This document shows, piece by piece, positions 51,794-64,000 of a stretch of 64,000 nucleotides of DNA. This DNA is from Octopus sinensis (taxonomy: Eukaryota). The translations under genes and the position numbers were made by a program. The notes beneath the pieces were generated by a model. That model worked only from the letters and a program-made list of their open reading frames with translations. It had not been told where the DNA came from and ran no database searches. The first letter of the stretch is position 1, and every line of letters begins with the position of its first letter. Where the stretch lies: contig NC_042997.1 of assembly GCF_006345805.1 (NCBI RefSeq), positions 33,914,001 to 33,978,000 on the forward strand, read 5' to 3'.

Positions 51794-53859
51794 CGGTGGC
51801 ACATAAAGACACCATCTGAAGACCCGGCGACGTAGTCAGTCCACCTGTGCATACCTTCCCTCTTATGACACTTGTGAAGACCTGTTGAGGCAGAGGCAAG
51901 TGTGTGACACTTGTGGAGGTGTGTCGGTGGCACATAAGACACCATCCGAAGACCGGCGACGTAGTCAGTCCACCTGTGCATACCCTCCCCTTATGACACT
52001 TGTGAAGACCTGTTGAGGCAGAGGCAAGTGTGTGTGACACTGTGGAGACCTGTTGAGGCAAGTGTGTGACCCTGTGAAGACCTGTTGAGGCAAGTGAAAA
52101 TCAAACCAAATCAAAATAGATGAACATCAATGGAATTTGTATTTTGTGGTTCCAGTACCGGTGGCACACAAGAAAACCATCCGAACGTGGCCGTAGCCAG
52201 TACCGCATCGACTGGCCTCCGTGCTGTGGGCACAACAAACACCATCTGATCGTGGCCGTTCGCCAGCCTCATCTGGCACCTGTGTCGGTGGCACATAAAA
52301 ACACCATCCGAAGACCCGGCGACGAGTAGTAGTCCACCTGTGCATACCTTCCCTCTTATGACACTTGTGAAGACCTGTTGAGGCAAGTGTGTGACAGTTG
52401 AGAAGTCCTGTTGAGACAGAGGCAAGTGTGTGACACTTTGTGAAGACCTGTTGAGGCAGAGGCAAGTGTGTGACACTTGTGGAGACCTGTTGAGGCAAGT
52501 GTGTGACACGTGTGACACTTGTGAAGACCTGTTGGGGCAAGTGAAAATCAAACCAAACCAAAATAGATGAACATCAATGGAATTTGTATCTTTGTGGTTC
52601 CAGTACCGGTGGCACACAAGAAAACCATCCGATCGTGGCCGTTCGCCAGCCTCATCTGGCACCTGTGTCGGTGGCACATAAAAACACCATCCGAAGACCC
52701 GGCGACGTAGTCAGTCCACCTGTGCATACCTTCCTACTTATGACACTTGTGAAGACCTGTTGAGGCAAGTGTGTGACACTTGTGTAGACCTGTTGAGGCA
52801 AGTGAAAATCAAAATCAAATCAAATCAAATCAAACCAAATCAAAATAGATGAACATCAATGGAATTTGTATCTTTGTGGTACCAGTACCGGTGGCACACA
52901 AGAAAACCATCCGAACGTGGCCGTAGCCAGTACCGCATCGACTGGCCTCTGTGATGTGGGCACATAACAAACACCATCCGATCGTAAGACCTGTGAAGAC
53001 CTGTTGAGGCAAGTGAAAATCAAATCAAATCAAATCAAAATAGATGAACATCAATGGAATTTGTATCTTTGTGGTACCAGTGCCGGTGGCACACAAGAAA
53101 ACCATCCGAACGTGGCCGTAGCCAGTACCGCATCGACTGGCCTCCATGCTGTGGGCACGCAACAAACACCATCCGATCGTGGCCGTTCGCCAGCCTCATC
53201 TGGCACCTGTGTCGGTGGCACATAAAAACACCTCCGAAGACCCGGCAAGACTAGTCAGGCCATAACCCGTGGCCCCTACCTGGGACGTAGTCAGTCCACC
53301 TGTGCATACCTTCCTTCTTGTGACACTTGTGAAGACCTGTTGAGGCAAGTGAAAATCAAATCAAATCAAAACAAATCAAAATAGATGAACATCAATGGAA
53401 TTTGTATCTTTGTGGTACCAGTGCCGGTGGCACACAAGAAAATCATCCGAACGTGGCCGTAGCCAGTACCGCATAGACTGGCCTCCGTGCTTTGGGGACG
53501 TAACAAACACCATCCGATCGTGGCCGTCGCCAGCCTCATCTGGCACCTGTGTCGGTGGCACATAAAAACACCATCCGAGCGTGGCCGTCTGCCAGCCTCG
53601 TCTGGCACCTGTGTCGGTGCATGGCACATAAAAACACCATCCGAGCGTGGCCGTTCGCCAGCCTCGTCTGGCACCTGTGTCGGTGGCACATAAAATCACC
53701 CACTACACTCTCGGAGTGGTTGGCGTTAGGAAGGGCATCCAGCTGTAGAAACACTGCCAGATCTGACTGGCCTGGTGCAGCCTTCGGGCTCCCCAGACCC
53801 CAGTTGAACCGTCCAACCCATGCTAGCATGGAAAACGGACGCTAAATGATGATGATGAT
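51789..53859 (+). repeat. Tandemly amplified RTE 3'UTR array ending in an intact family D tail
   Basis: Five copies each of the acgtagtcagtccacctgtgcatacc module and the gtgaaaatcaaa..tagatgaacatcaatgg or truncated module, plus (gaggcaagtgtgtgacac) subrepeats. Confidence 0.9.
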
Positions 53860-54402
53860 ATATAAAAGCACATATACCCAAATACTCATACCTATGTGTG
53901 TACGTATGTACATTTGTGTGTGTATATTCACACTTTGTCTCTTTCCAGACACAGGAGCACGCACATGTACACACACTCCCATTTTACATTTTTACTAAGT
54001 TATTCACTTGGTATAAAGAGTAAGATATGCTGGTGCACTCAAAACAAAACCAACTTGTTTTCCCCCATTGGTTACTGTCTATAGTAAGGTCAGCGGTTTT
54101 ATTAAATCTAATATTCCGTCTGACTTGGTCCTCATTAGTTTCTAAAATCTTGCAATGTTCCTCCAGCTAAGATAAAGTTTTGTAATGCAAAATGAAGGAA
54201 AAAAAGAAAAAAAAATGTGGCTACTGTTGTATTTTGGTATTCTTAAAGGATATCCAATCAGAATTAATCTTTCTGGGCGTAAAATGCTATCTGCTGAGAA
54301 AGTCTGTGTTCTTGCAATTAGCCATTTCCATTATTTATTGTTTGTGGAAAATGAACTGCGAGTTAATCATAAAAGAGAATCTTCTGTTTACAATTTAGTC
54401 AT

Positions 54403-54436
<34 letters not shown>

Positions 54437-54600
54437 GGGGCCTCTTTCAGGTTCCATCTACCAAATCCATTCTTTTGCTGACCTAGGGCTTTAGCAAAAG
54501 TCACTTGACCAAAGCGATGCATGGTGGAACTGAACCCAAGACCATTTGGTCTCTGCTTCTTAACCACACGGTCACATCTGCATCTGTACTCATATCTGCT

Positions 54601-54632
<32 letters not shown>

Positions 54633-55287
54633 AAGCACGACCTTCGAACTTTAGGTCTCACTAAGGAAATGACTAGAGACCGAGACCTATGGAAGTATGC
54701 TGTGCGTGAGAAGACCCGGCAAGACTAGTGAGACCATAACCCATGGCCTCTACCTGGTATGTAGCCAGTCGACTTATACATACCTTTCCTTCTTGGGACA
54801 CAAAACTCCACTTGTGAAGACCCGTTGAGGCAAGTGAAAATCAAAATCAAACCAAATCAAATCAGATATCAGAAAGCAGAACCAAAATCGAAGTCGATCA
54901 ACATCAATGGAAATTGCAGCTGTGATACCAGTGCCGGTGACAAGTAAGTGAACCATCCGATTGTGGCCATTGCCAGTGCCGGTGGCACGTAAAAGGCACC
55001 ATCAGTTCGTGGCCATTGCCAGCCTCGCCTGGCCCCCGTGCCGGTGGCATGTAAAAAGCACCATCCGTCCGTGGCCATTTGCCAGCCTCGTCTGGCACCT
55101 GTGCGGGTGGCACATGAAAAGCACCCACTACACTCTCGGAGTGGTTGGCGTTAGGAAGGGCATCCAGCTGTAGAAACACTGCCAGATCAGACTGGAGCCT
55201 GGTGCAGCCTCCTGGCTTCCCAGACCCTGGTCGAACCGTCCAACCTGTGCTAGTGCGGAAAACCGACGTTAAACGATGATGATGATG
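54633..55287 (+). mobile_element. 5'-truncated RTE LINE: ORF2 C-terminus, full 3'UTR and (GAT)n tail
   Basis: 54633-54728 reads KHDLRTLGLTKEMTRDRDLWKYAVREKTRQD* (RTE terminal DL..LGL...M..DR..W motif), showing that family D is a LINE 3'UTR. Confidence 0.85.
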
Positions 55288-55859
55288 TATATTATATACA
55301 TACATTGCAGTGGTTGGCTTAAGGAAAGGCATCCAGCCGTAAAATCCATGCCAAATCAGAATGGTGTCTGGTGCAGCCCCTCAGCTTACTAGCCCTAGTC
55401 AAACTGTCCAACCCATACCAGCATGAACAATGGATGTTAAATGATGGTGATGACATACACACACACATGCTAGCATGGAAAGCGGACGTTGAACGATGAT
55501 GATGATGATGATGATGATGATTCATATATGCATGCATTCATGAACCAAATTGTAGAGTATGAGAAAACTTTGTGATACTTCATAATAGACAGTGCTGTTA
55601 AGAAACAAACGAAAGAATAATTCAACGGTCCTTGCGTGTTTTTAGAATGCCTAGTAGCTTTCTCCATTGGATAGTGTAGAAATCCAGAAGAAATTCCAGA
55701 AGGCATTTTTATTGAGTTCTAAGGATTCTGCCAATTCACCATCAAGAATGGTGGATAGTGACGCTACCTCCACTGGCTATTTCTGGTTTAGGTACTTTTT
55801 TTTTTTCATCTAGTTTCAGCTCATGAGCTGTGGCCATACTGGGGCACTGCCATTTGGTG

Positions 55860-56220
55860 TTGCTACATAATTTTACTTCATGAATGCCTTTTAACAATTG
55901 ACATTTGGTGCATGAGAGAGTTTGATGCAGCTGCCCTCATCTGCACCTCCTGCTGCGAAGTTGGTTCATCTTGTACACCTGACAGGAAGAGGTGCAGCTT
56001 TATTTTGAAGACACCTACATCCACCCCATGCAGGTCTCTCAGATCCTTCGAGAGAATATTAAAGAGCTGTGGACCTCTGAAGCCCAGGCTATTGCAGTAT
56101 CTTGTCCTACATCTTGATGGCAAATTTGGAGTCCTTGGCACTATGTAGTGGCGCCCAGTTCTAGTACTTGTGTAACTCTTGATGCCAAAATTTGGGACAA
56201 GTACTTCCAGATGTATATTA
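55860..56220 (-). mobile_element. CR1/L2-group LINE ORF2 C-terminal relic
   Basis: SLGFRGPQLFNIL.KDLR...VFK.KL..FLSGV.DEP....RAAASNSL fits the GP.LFN.LP / FK..LD.FL / SNSL pattern. Confidence 0.7.
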
Positions 56221-57165
56221 TGGCATATCTTCTCACCTATGCTCTAAGGAATAGAGTCTTAATCTCTTGAGTCTTTCCCGATAGTTATATGCTGTATTTG
56301 GTCAGAATTTTTGGATGGGAGTGTTACTAACCCAGGTACTTGATTTGTACTTCATTTTATTAATCCTCTAAGGATGAAAAGCAATTTTGACCTCACATGC
56401 CCAAGATGCTATGCAGTGGAATTGACTCCAAAATCACATAGTTGCAATGTGCAAAGCTAACTTCTTAACTACATGGTCCCAGCTAAAATGAGCAGATTAC
56501 TACTTAGCTCTCTGTGCAATATACTACTGCATGAGCCAATAGGGAATCTATGCTTTTACTTATCCTGCTAGGAATGGCAGCTAAATCACCTTAAACTATG
56601 CGTTACCGTACTTTTGAAAACTTGTGAAATAAGAAAATCCTCACTTGAAAACATGCAAATGTCTGTGATAGGAAAGCATTTGGCTATAAAATCCTGCCTC
56701 AAATACGTCACCATCTGACCCATGCTACATGGACAAAATAGATGTTAAATGTATAAACAAATGTGTAGTTTTGTGGCTTTTGATAGTATATCTACATTAA
56801 GTATGAGATGCAAAATGCTATTTTGAACCAACACTGCTCCTGTTGCTAATAATGGATTTTTATCCAGCTTTCCAGCTATTTGTGATACCATTGATTTGTT
56901 AATTATTGTTTTCCTATAATCAGTAGAAATGAAATTTGTCATAGCATGCAATTAGTTGTGGATACTTGCAACTGATGAAATGCAAATACACAGAAACCAT
57001 AATTAGGCAACTTCACTACCACTGCCGGATGCTTTTCATTTACTCTGATATATTTTTGTGAATTTTTGCACCATGTCTCCATATGAGAAGCTTTCTTATA
57101 ATGAATACTGCAGTTTTGTGGCTTTTGATAGTTTATCCACTGTAAGTAAGACATACAGAATGATA

Positions 57166-57413
57166 TACTCTTTTACTTGTTTCAGTCATTTGGCTGTGGC
57201 CATACTGGAGCACCGCCTTTAGTCAAGCAAATCGACCTCAGGACTTATTCTTTGTAAGCCTAGTGCTTATTCTATAGGTCTCTTTTGCCGAACCGCTAAA
57301 TTACGGGGACACAAACACACCAGCATCGGTTGTCAAGCGATGTTGGAGGGGACAAACACAGACATACAAACATATACACACACATACATATATATTATAT
57401 ATATATATATATA

Positions 57414-57451
<38 letters not shown>

Positions 57452-57606
57452 CTTCTTTCAGTTTCCATCTACCAAATCCACTCAAAAGGCTTTGGTCAGC
57501 CCAAGACTATAGTAGAAGACACTTGCCCAGGGTGCCATACAGTGGGACTGAACCCAGAACCATGTGGTTGGTAAGCAAGCTTCTTATCACACAGCCACTC
57601 CTGCGC
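57166..57606 (-). mobile_element. SINE family B
   Basis: Full-length reverse-complement match. Confidence 0.9.
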
Positions 57607-57949
57607 TTGCAATGTAAACAAACATTAATTTGATATCGTTTCTATTTCTTTTTCTCTTACATCTCTTATTGCTTTTCTTTCTCTTTCATAAAAATGTATA
57701 ACCTGAAGCATATTCTCTTATCTTCATGTCATTGACATATTTTCATTGTACACATTCTTTAATTGTTGTTTCTTTTCATAGTTGTATGCTTCTTCCCCCA
57801 GGTGTTTTATTTGTCTATCTTCATGTATTATTTATTCATTCTCTCATAATCTTTATTGTTTAATTCGTGGGCTCTTTATCTACCTGTCTACATATGTGAA
57901 TGTGTGTGTGTGTATGTGTGTGTGAGAAAGAGTCTGTTTGTGTGTTTAG

Positions 57950-58169
57950 CCCTTTAGCATTCAGATTATTCTATCAAATATAATGCTTATTTATTCACAT
58001 TGCTCTGAATTAATTATACATTATCTTGCAGATTTTAGATTTTGATGATGTGATTGTTTATTCTTAGAATGGCATTATAGGATAGATGGCAGAGGCCAGA
58101 TCTGGGCAGTTTGAACACAAAGCAGGTAGAATATTTGGTCCGGATATGGCCAGTTTGAATGCTAAAAAG
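57950..58169. mobile_element. Degenerate piggyBac-type MITE (second family)
   Basis: Ends ttag|ccctttagcattca and tgaatgctaaaaag|ttaa. Confidence 0.6.
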
Positions 58170-58316
58170 TTAAGGACTGGTGCAATGAAAAAAGAAAAAA
58201 ACAGCCTTACTTGAAAAATAAGGGTTGGTGGCAAGAAGGGCATCTGGCTACAGACAATCTACCTCAATAAGTTTTCTTCTAACCCATGCCATCCTGAAAA
58301 TAACATGAAAGAGCTG

Positions 58317-58351
<35 letters not shown>

Positions 58352-59556
58352 GTAATAATAATAATAATAATAATATGAGGGAATATTATTCCAAACTTAC
58401 AGGGAAAAATTCAATTTAGAAATACTAAAAAAAAACACCTTTTATCATTTCAATAATGAAAAATTAAATTATACCATCTAGAAATTTTATTTGTCTATTC
58501 ATTCTCTCATAATCTTATATATATTTAATCTTTCTATAATATGTAAATTTCTAGATGGTATAATTTAATTTTTCATTATTGAATTGATAAAAGGTGGGTT
58601 TTTTTTCTAATTTATATATATATATATATATAGACTCTTCTATTGATGAGGGTTCCACAATTTTTTACTGAACGTTGTGCACAGATGATTGTTTAGAGTC
58701 ATCAAATGTTTGTGCTGCACATTTGCTAACTCCTTCCATCAAAATTGATATTACCTGTACAGGTGCACAGTGTGCCACCGCACATCAAATGTTGAAGTGA
58801 TTGGAGAGCAATGTGAAATGACGTGTTTTGCTTGAGAACACAATGCAACATCCAGTCTATGAATTAAAATCACAATTGCAAGATTCTGGGTGCAACAGTC
58901 TTGGCTATTAGGACACGTGCATTTTCACACGCATGCATGCCTGCACACACACACACACACAAATGATGGACTCCATACAGTTTTAGTCTCCCAAGTTCCA
59001 CTCACAAGGTATTGGTCAAACTAAGATTACAATAGAAGAAACTTATCCACAATGCCATACAGTGGAGGTCAAGCCCTACCGAAAAACATGATTCTAAAGC
59101 AGACCTTTTAACCATAGCGCCACACTATGCCACCAACAAATATATTTCCAGTGTTATAATATTTTGCAATTATAGTATAGAACTCATGCAATTATTATTG
59201 TAAAAGACTTTGTCTTATTTTCTTTTATCATTTTTCTGTTTAACATATTAAGTTTATCTCCACCTCTTCCTATCTGAATGTGTTTAGACCATATATTAAG
59301 TTTGTTCTTATAAACTACTATTTAAATAGTAATCTGCACTCAGCATTACTTCCAAATGAGATTGCAAATATACATACAAATATAAAGCTGACGTAAACCC
59401 AAAGAATCTGATAAGAATATTAAATAACTGGTTTGAATATATATATATATATATTCCTGTATAGAAGCCATTTACGAATTTCATACAATCGCTTTTTCTT
59501 ATCAGAGTGGATTATTATATTATAATTGTTTTTATACAACCACGCCAACACACATT

Positions 59557-59591
<35 letters not shown>

Positions 59592-59762
59592 ATATATGTA
59601 TGTATGTATATTATATATATATAATATATCATCATCATCATCATCATCATCGGAAAGTGGACGTTAAACGATGATGATGATGATGATGATGATGATATAT
59701 TATGTATATATATGTATATTATATATGTATATTATATATATATATGTATGTATATATATATG

Positions 59763-59803
<41 letters not shown>

Positions 59804-60346
59804 TATATATATATGAATATATATAAATGTATAGCATATATAATATAGTGCACTGTATATGTATAATATAGACTTTATTATATAAGCATAATATATATAC
59901 ACATTATATATTCAGTACACACACACAGCTTATCAGCATTTCAGCTTAGAACTGCTCAGTGAAACTACTTATTACATACAATAAAAGTATGCAATAAAAT
60001 ATGAACAGTGTTAATTGTGCCCCTCTGCTATCATTATGGCTATCGTACGAATCTAGCCATCACAAAGTTGTGTGCCACTGTTAATGATATCTTTGTTAGC
60101 TTGATTTTCTTGTTTGGTTCTGATTGCTCTCCCATCTCAGATACTACTAAAGCTAAGACTTCCAAATATTTTTGAATGATTACCAACTAATTATAATAAA
60201 TGGAGTTGGTCTTGTTTCTTTAAACGGTGCTTGATTAGCAAATTAATCGAATATTAAGCATGCTGCTCATGTCCAGTATGTCATATGAGCTACGCTACTA
60301 ATTATTCTGCATACAAAATTAGCGGTGTAATAAATGGAATATAATA

Positions 60347-60533
60347 GAAAGACATTCTGTTGTGTCTGGGGAGAGTCATTTTCTTTTTGTGCCTTATAAT
60401 GTAACACATTTGCCAGTAAAATTTCCACTGAAAAATAAAAATAAGAAATAAGTGGAAATTTTACCAGTGAGTGTGTTATATTATAAGGGACAAAAAGAAA
60501 ATGACTCTCCCCAGACACACCAGAATATGTTTC
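60347..60533. repeat. 83-bp inverted repeat with a 21-nt loop
   Basis: Arms 60347-60429 and 60451-60533 are reverse complements with about 11 mismatches. Confidence 0.9.
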
Positions 60534-61624
60534 AACACACGAACTCATATAAAGAATCTTGCAAACCAAATCCAAAAACGAAATAGAAACACATTTGTAG
60601 GTACAAAAAACATGCTTATGTTGTTGAAAAGTTTGCTTTGTAAGGTGCATAATTCTAGCTTGATTTCACTGCATAGCACCTTTAGAATCAGGTTGATCAA
60701 TACCATGTGAGTAGAATTTGGTTGACAAAAATTCTGTGTGGTTGCCCATTGTGTGTACACGTGTATATAAAAATGTGTGAGTGTGAGCATTTCCATGATT
60801 GTGTTACATCTGATAACTTAGTGGTGCAACAATCAGAGATTGATAATTTGAGTGTGAAAGTTCAAAATATGTTGGGGTTGATTTGGATTGACCACTTTAT
60901 CCACTTTAATTATATAGTAGAAGACACTTGCCCAAGGTGCCACGCAGTGGGACTGAACCCGGAACCATGTGGTTGGTAAGCAAGCTACTTACCACACAGC
61001 CACTCCTGTGCCTGCAATGTAAACAAACATTAATTTGATATCGTTTCTATTTCTTTTTCTCTTACATCTCTTATTACTTTTCTTTCTCTTTCATAAAAAA
61101 GTATAACCTGGAACATATTCTCTTCTCTTCATGTCATTGACCCCAGGACTTATAGCTGCAGCCTGATGGCTGGAACCAATAAATGGATAAAAGAATATAC
61201 AGTTACATGCCAATATAGTTACTTTCTGATATTAGTAGTTTAGTTTGTATTCAAATAATGGCCATGTATGTGGAGAAAAACTTTCTGATTGGTAAATGTT
61301 GAGTCATATATATTTTTTTTCTGATTATGTAAAGTAATGGATGTGTTGTGCAAATTGAATGTTATCCTACTTAATCTGTTATGACTATTATACTTTTAAA
61401 TGCTTTAAAATGCTATTAGCAGTGTATTAAAGAAAAATTTTTTTTCTTTTTTTTTTTTTTACCTTAATCAGTACCTGTAAATTCTTCTATGTGTTGAGTA
61501 ATCAGGTCAGCTATCAATATATGGAGGGAAAAAAGTTTTTGGCCTTTCATCATTCCAAGGCAATTAAATTCTTTTATTTCTTATTCTATACAAACTGTTT
61601 CTTGTTTTACATTCAGTATATATC

Positions 61625-61669
<45 letters not shown>

Positions 61670-61989
61670 GTGTGTGTGATTAAGCCATAGAAAATCTAAT
61701 ACTTAATTTTTAACATATATTTATTTTTTTATATTTTATCCAGTAAATTATTCTAAACAAGAATGTTTTAAAGTGCTTTCCTCTATATGAACAAGTTTAA
61801 CTCTTATCCCCACCAAACTAACCAATCTTTCTGTTTATATTAAGTTCTATGCCATTCTATAGAAAGAGTTGAAAGGTGAAATAAACATCAGAAATACTTT
61901 GTCCCATGCAGAACCTGCTGGAGCTACTCAAGGGCTTAGCAAACTCTTCTTTTAAATCAATCACAATATTGGAAACCCTTCTGTATCAT

Positions 61990-62300
61990 CACAGGTATCT
62001 CAGGGTCATAAGCATTTCACCCACATAACCTGTGCACTTTGCCTGAGTGGGGCATGTGTTGTATTCCCAAGAGCAACCTCACCCAGAGCCTGCCAATTTC
62101 AAACCTATTGCTCTCCCTCTCTCTCTCTTTGCTCTCTACATCTCTAAAGACAGTCACAAAAAACTGCTACCTTTTTCTTCCCCCTTGTGTCTTCTCCCTT
62201 CTCTCATTGACTCCCAGTTCTCAGTTTCATTTACTTCTATTACAATAACCTCTGAACTAGTAAACTGCATATCTTCCTCCATCTAGGACAACCTGATGCA
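61990..62300 (+). mobile_element. CR1/Jockey-group LINE RT N-terminal relic
   Basis: Frameshifted IPK...PANFKPIAL...LIDSQF matches IPK...P.NYRPI.L...L.D.QFGF. Confidence 0.55.
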
Positions 62301-63192
62301 CCTGCTTCTTCTTTTTCTTCTTCTTCACTTAACCATTCTTACTATTTGCCATTCTTCAGTTCTCACACAAAACACTTTGTCCAATCAATCTTTCCAAAAG
62401 CTGCAATTTTAGGATTCTTTCTCCACCCCCATCTCTTTACCACCAAGCATCGATCTACAGATGTTCAAACTGGACATTAATTTTGTCAATCTTACCTGTC
62501 TGGGCGGGTCTGTAAAAGTGATCGATGCTTCTCCTCTTCCTCTTCTTCTTCTTCCTCCTCCTATGATTAAAAAAGAAATTATATAAAAATAGAAATATCC
62601 TTATGAATAAATTTAATGCTACATTTCAATTCTAAATTGATTGAGAAGTTATAATTAACTTGTTTTACTAATTTTTATTCCTAATAAAAATGTTTAGATC
62701 AAATTGAAGGATGTTATTAAGCATTCACAACAAAGATATAATTTGTAAACATTAACTTGCCTTGAAGTTAACTTGAAATGAGGTTCAGTTATTTATTAAG
62801 AAATGTCTGCATTAGCAAATATATTGCTAATACAATTGTCTATCTACATAATTACATCACCTTATTGGTGGTACTGAGAGTAAATTCTCAGCTGGTTTTC
62901 ATACATCAATCTCTTTCTTTTCCTTACTACTCACTTTTTCATTCCTTCTTTTTTGCCCGTATGTATGTGTGTGTGTGCTTGTGTAGAAAGATAAATAGGT
63001 ATATACACTTGCACATATCGATAGGTAAATGTCATTATGAGGTCATTTGACAGTACTGAGAAGCATTGTTCAGTCGTTCCTAGATACCTGACACTGAAAG
63101 GAAAAAGAAGAGATTCACAACAGAGATGATGGGTAGGCTATATCCCAGTGCAACGATGGACATGTATAAAGATAGATTCAATTCTCTTGATA

Positions 63193-63486
63193 TCTTTATG
63201 TATAAAACTGAAGTTGTGTGTGTGTCTGTCTACTCCGATTTAGATTCCTAACTACTCCCACATTTTGCGGTGCAGTTTAACCAAAAGCGGGTATCTTATA
63301 GTTGTGATTCATATTGAGCCCTTCTGGGTTTTAGCACGCGTCTATGATGAGTCTACGATTTAAAAAAAAATTTACCATCATTTTTCCGCATTTTTTGCTC
63401 GGTTTATATAAGGGAAGTAACTCTCTAAAAATGCTTATATAGTTATTTCCCTTACAAACTCGAGCAACGTCGGGCGATACTGCTAG
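63193..63486 (+). mobile_element. Non-autonomous Helitron (internally deleted)
   Basis: 5' TC, 3' ctcgagcaacgtcggg hairpin then CTAG, with an A|T insertion site. Confidence 0.88.
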
Positions 63487-63706
63487 TACTCAATAATTTG
63501 TGTTCAATCTCATTGTGTGATACCATGGACAGTTGTCTTCTATTATAGTCTCAGGCTGCTCCATGCCTTGTGAGTGGATTTGGTAGATGAAATCTGTACA
63601 GAAGCCTGCCGTGTATCTGTGTGTGTATTATAATGTACGATAAGGTACAAAACAAAAGAGTACTAGTGATACAAATGTTTTATGGTTTTTATTTTAGAGA
63701 CCACAG

Positions 63707-63855
63707 TAGTTAGTTGTTAGTTAGTTAGTTAGTTAGTTAATTTTTTGGCTCAAAAAGCAAAAAGCAAGGACATGTAGGGGGACATGGAGTTATGTACAGG
63801 GTGGTATTCGTGTAAAGAGTTCAGGCCATTTGTGGTCAAGGGAGACTTTGAACCG
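63707..63855 (-). mobile_element. CR1 LINE 3' end with (TAAC)n tail
   Basis: Reverse complement of 49540-49671. Confidence 0.85.
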
Positions 63856-64000
63856 ACTTTGAACAGCTGTTTCGGTTAGTTTTGGTCAAATGTGATGTAT
63901 AAAAGGGTAGATTATAGGAATAATGTATATGGATTGTGATGCTGTGTTGTAGTGCGGTGTGGGCACTGAATGCAGAGAATGAGTGAAGATTGGAAGAAAG

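Noticed and set aside
51789-53859. CRISPR-like appearance of the repeated units
   Set aside because: There are no unique spacers, the units derive from a LINE 3'UTR, the context is eukaryotic, and no cas genes are present.
56745-57154. WINYQK resembling the R2/R4 RT motif WIDY.KAFD, plus a 23-bp direct repeat
   Set aside because: The similarity is limited to a few residues and is insufficient for a call.

Overview
This is AT-rich, repeat-dense eukaryotic DNA with no confidently identifiable host exon, so it is probably a large intron or intergenic region. The SINE/LINE families and the abundance of (TA)n/(CA)n/(GAT)n tracts resemble coleoid cephalopod (Octopus-like) genomic DNA; this is recognition from memory, not a database search. 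The window holds three tRNA-derived SINE families in many copies and 5'-truncated RTE LINE 3' ends with (GAT)n tails. It also has degenerate RTE, CR1 and R4/NeSL-type LINE fragments, non-autonomous Helitrons, mariner relics, and MITEs of piggyBac-type, hAT-Charlie-type and Merlin-like form. Nearly all ORFs in the supplied track are microsatellite or repeat artefacts; only the CR1 ORF at 24544-25401 is a long, intact, recognisable coding fragment. The most notable unexplained structure is a cluster of locus-specific 100-270 bp copy-paste events taken from sequence 0.5-3.5 kb away. These include a near-perfect 271-bp inverted duplication that splits a SINE and a three-piece patchwork insertion. 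Other points of interest are an RTE reverse transcriptase carrying an internal PHD-type zinc finger, a nascent satellite built from a LINE 3'UTR, and a possible ~43.6-kb inversion that splits one RTE copy. Coordinates were counted by hand and may be off by a few bases.
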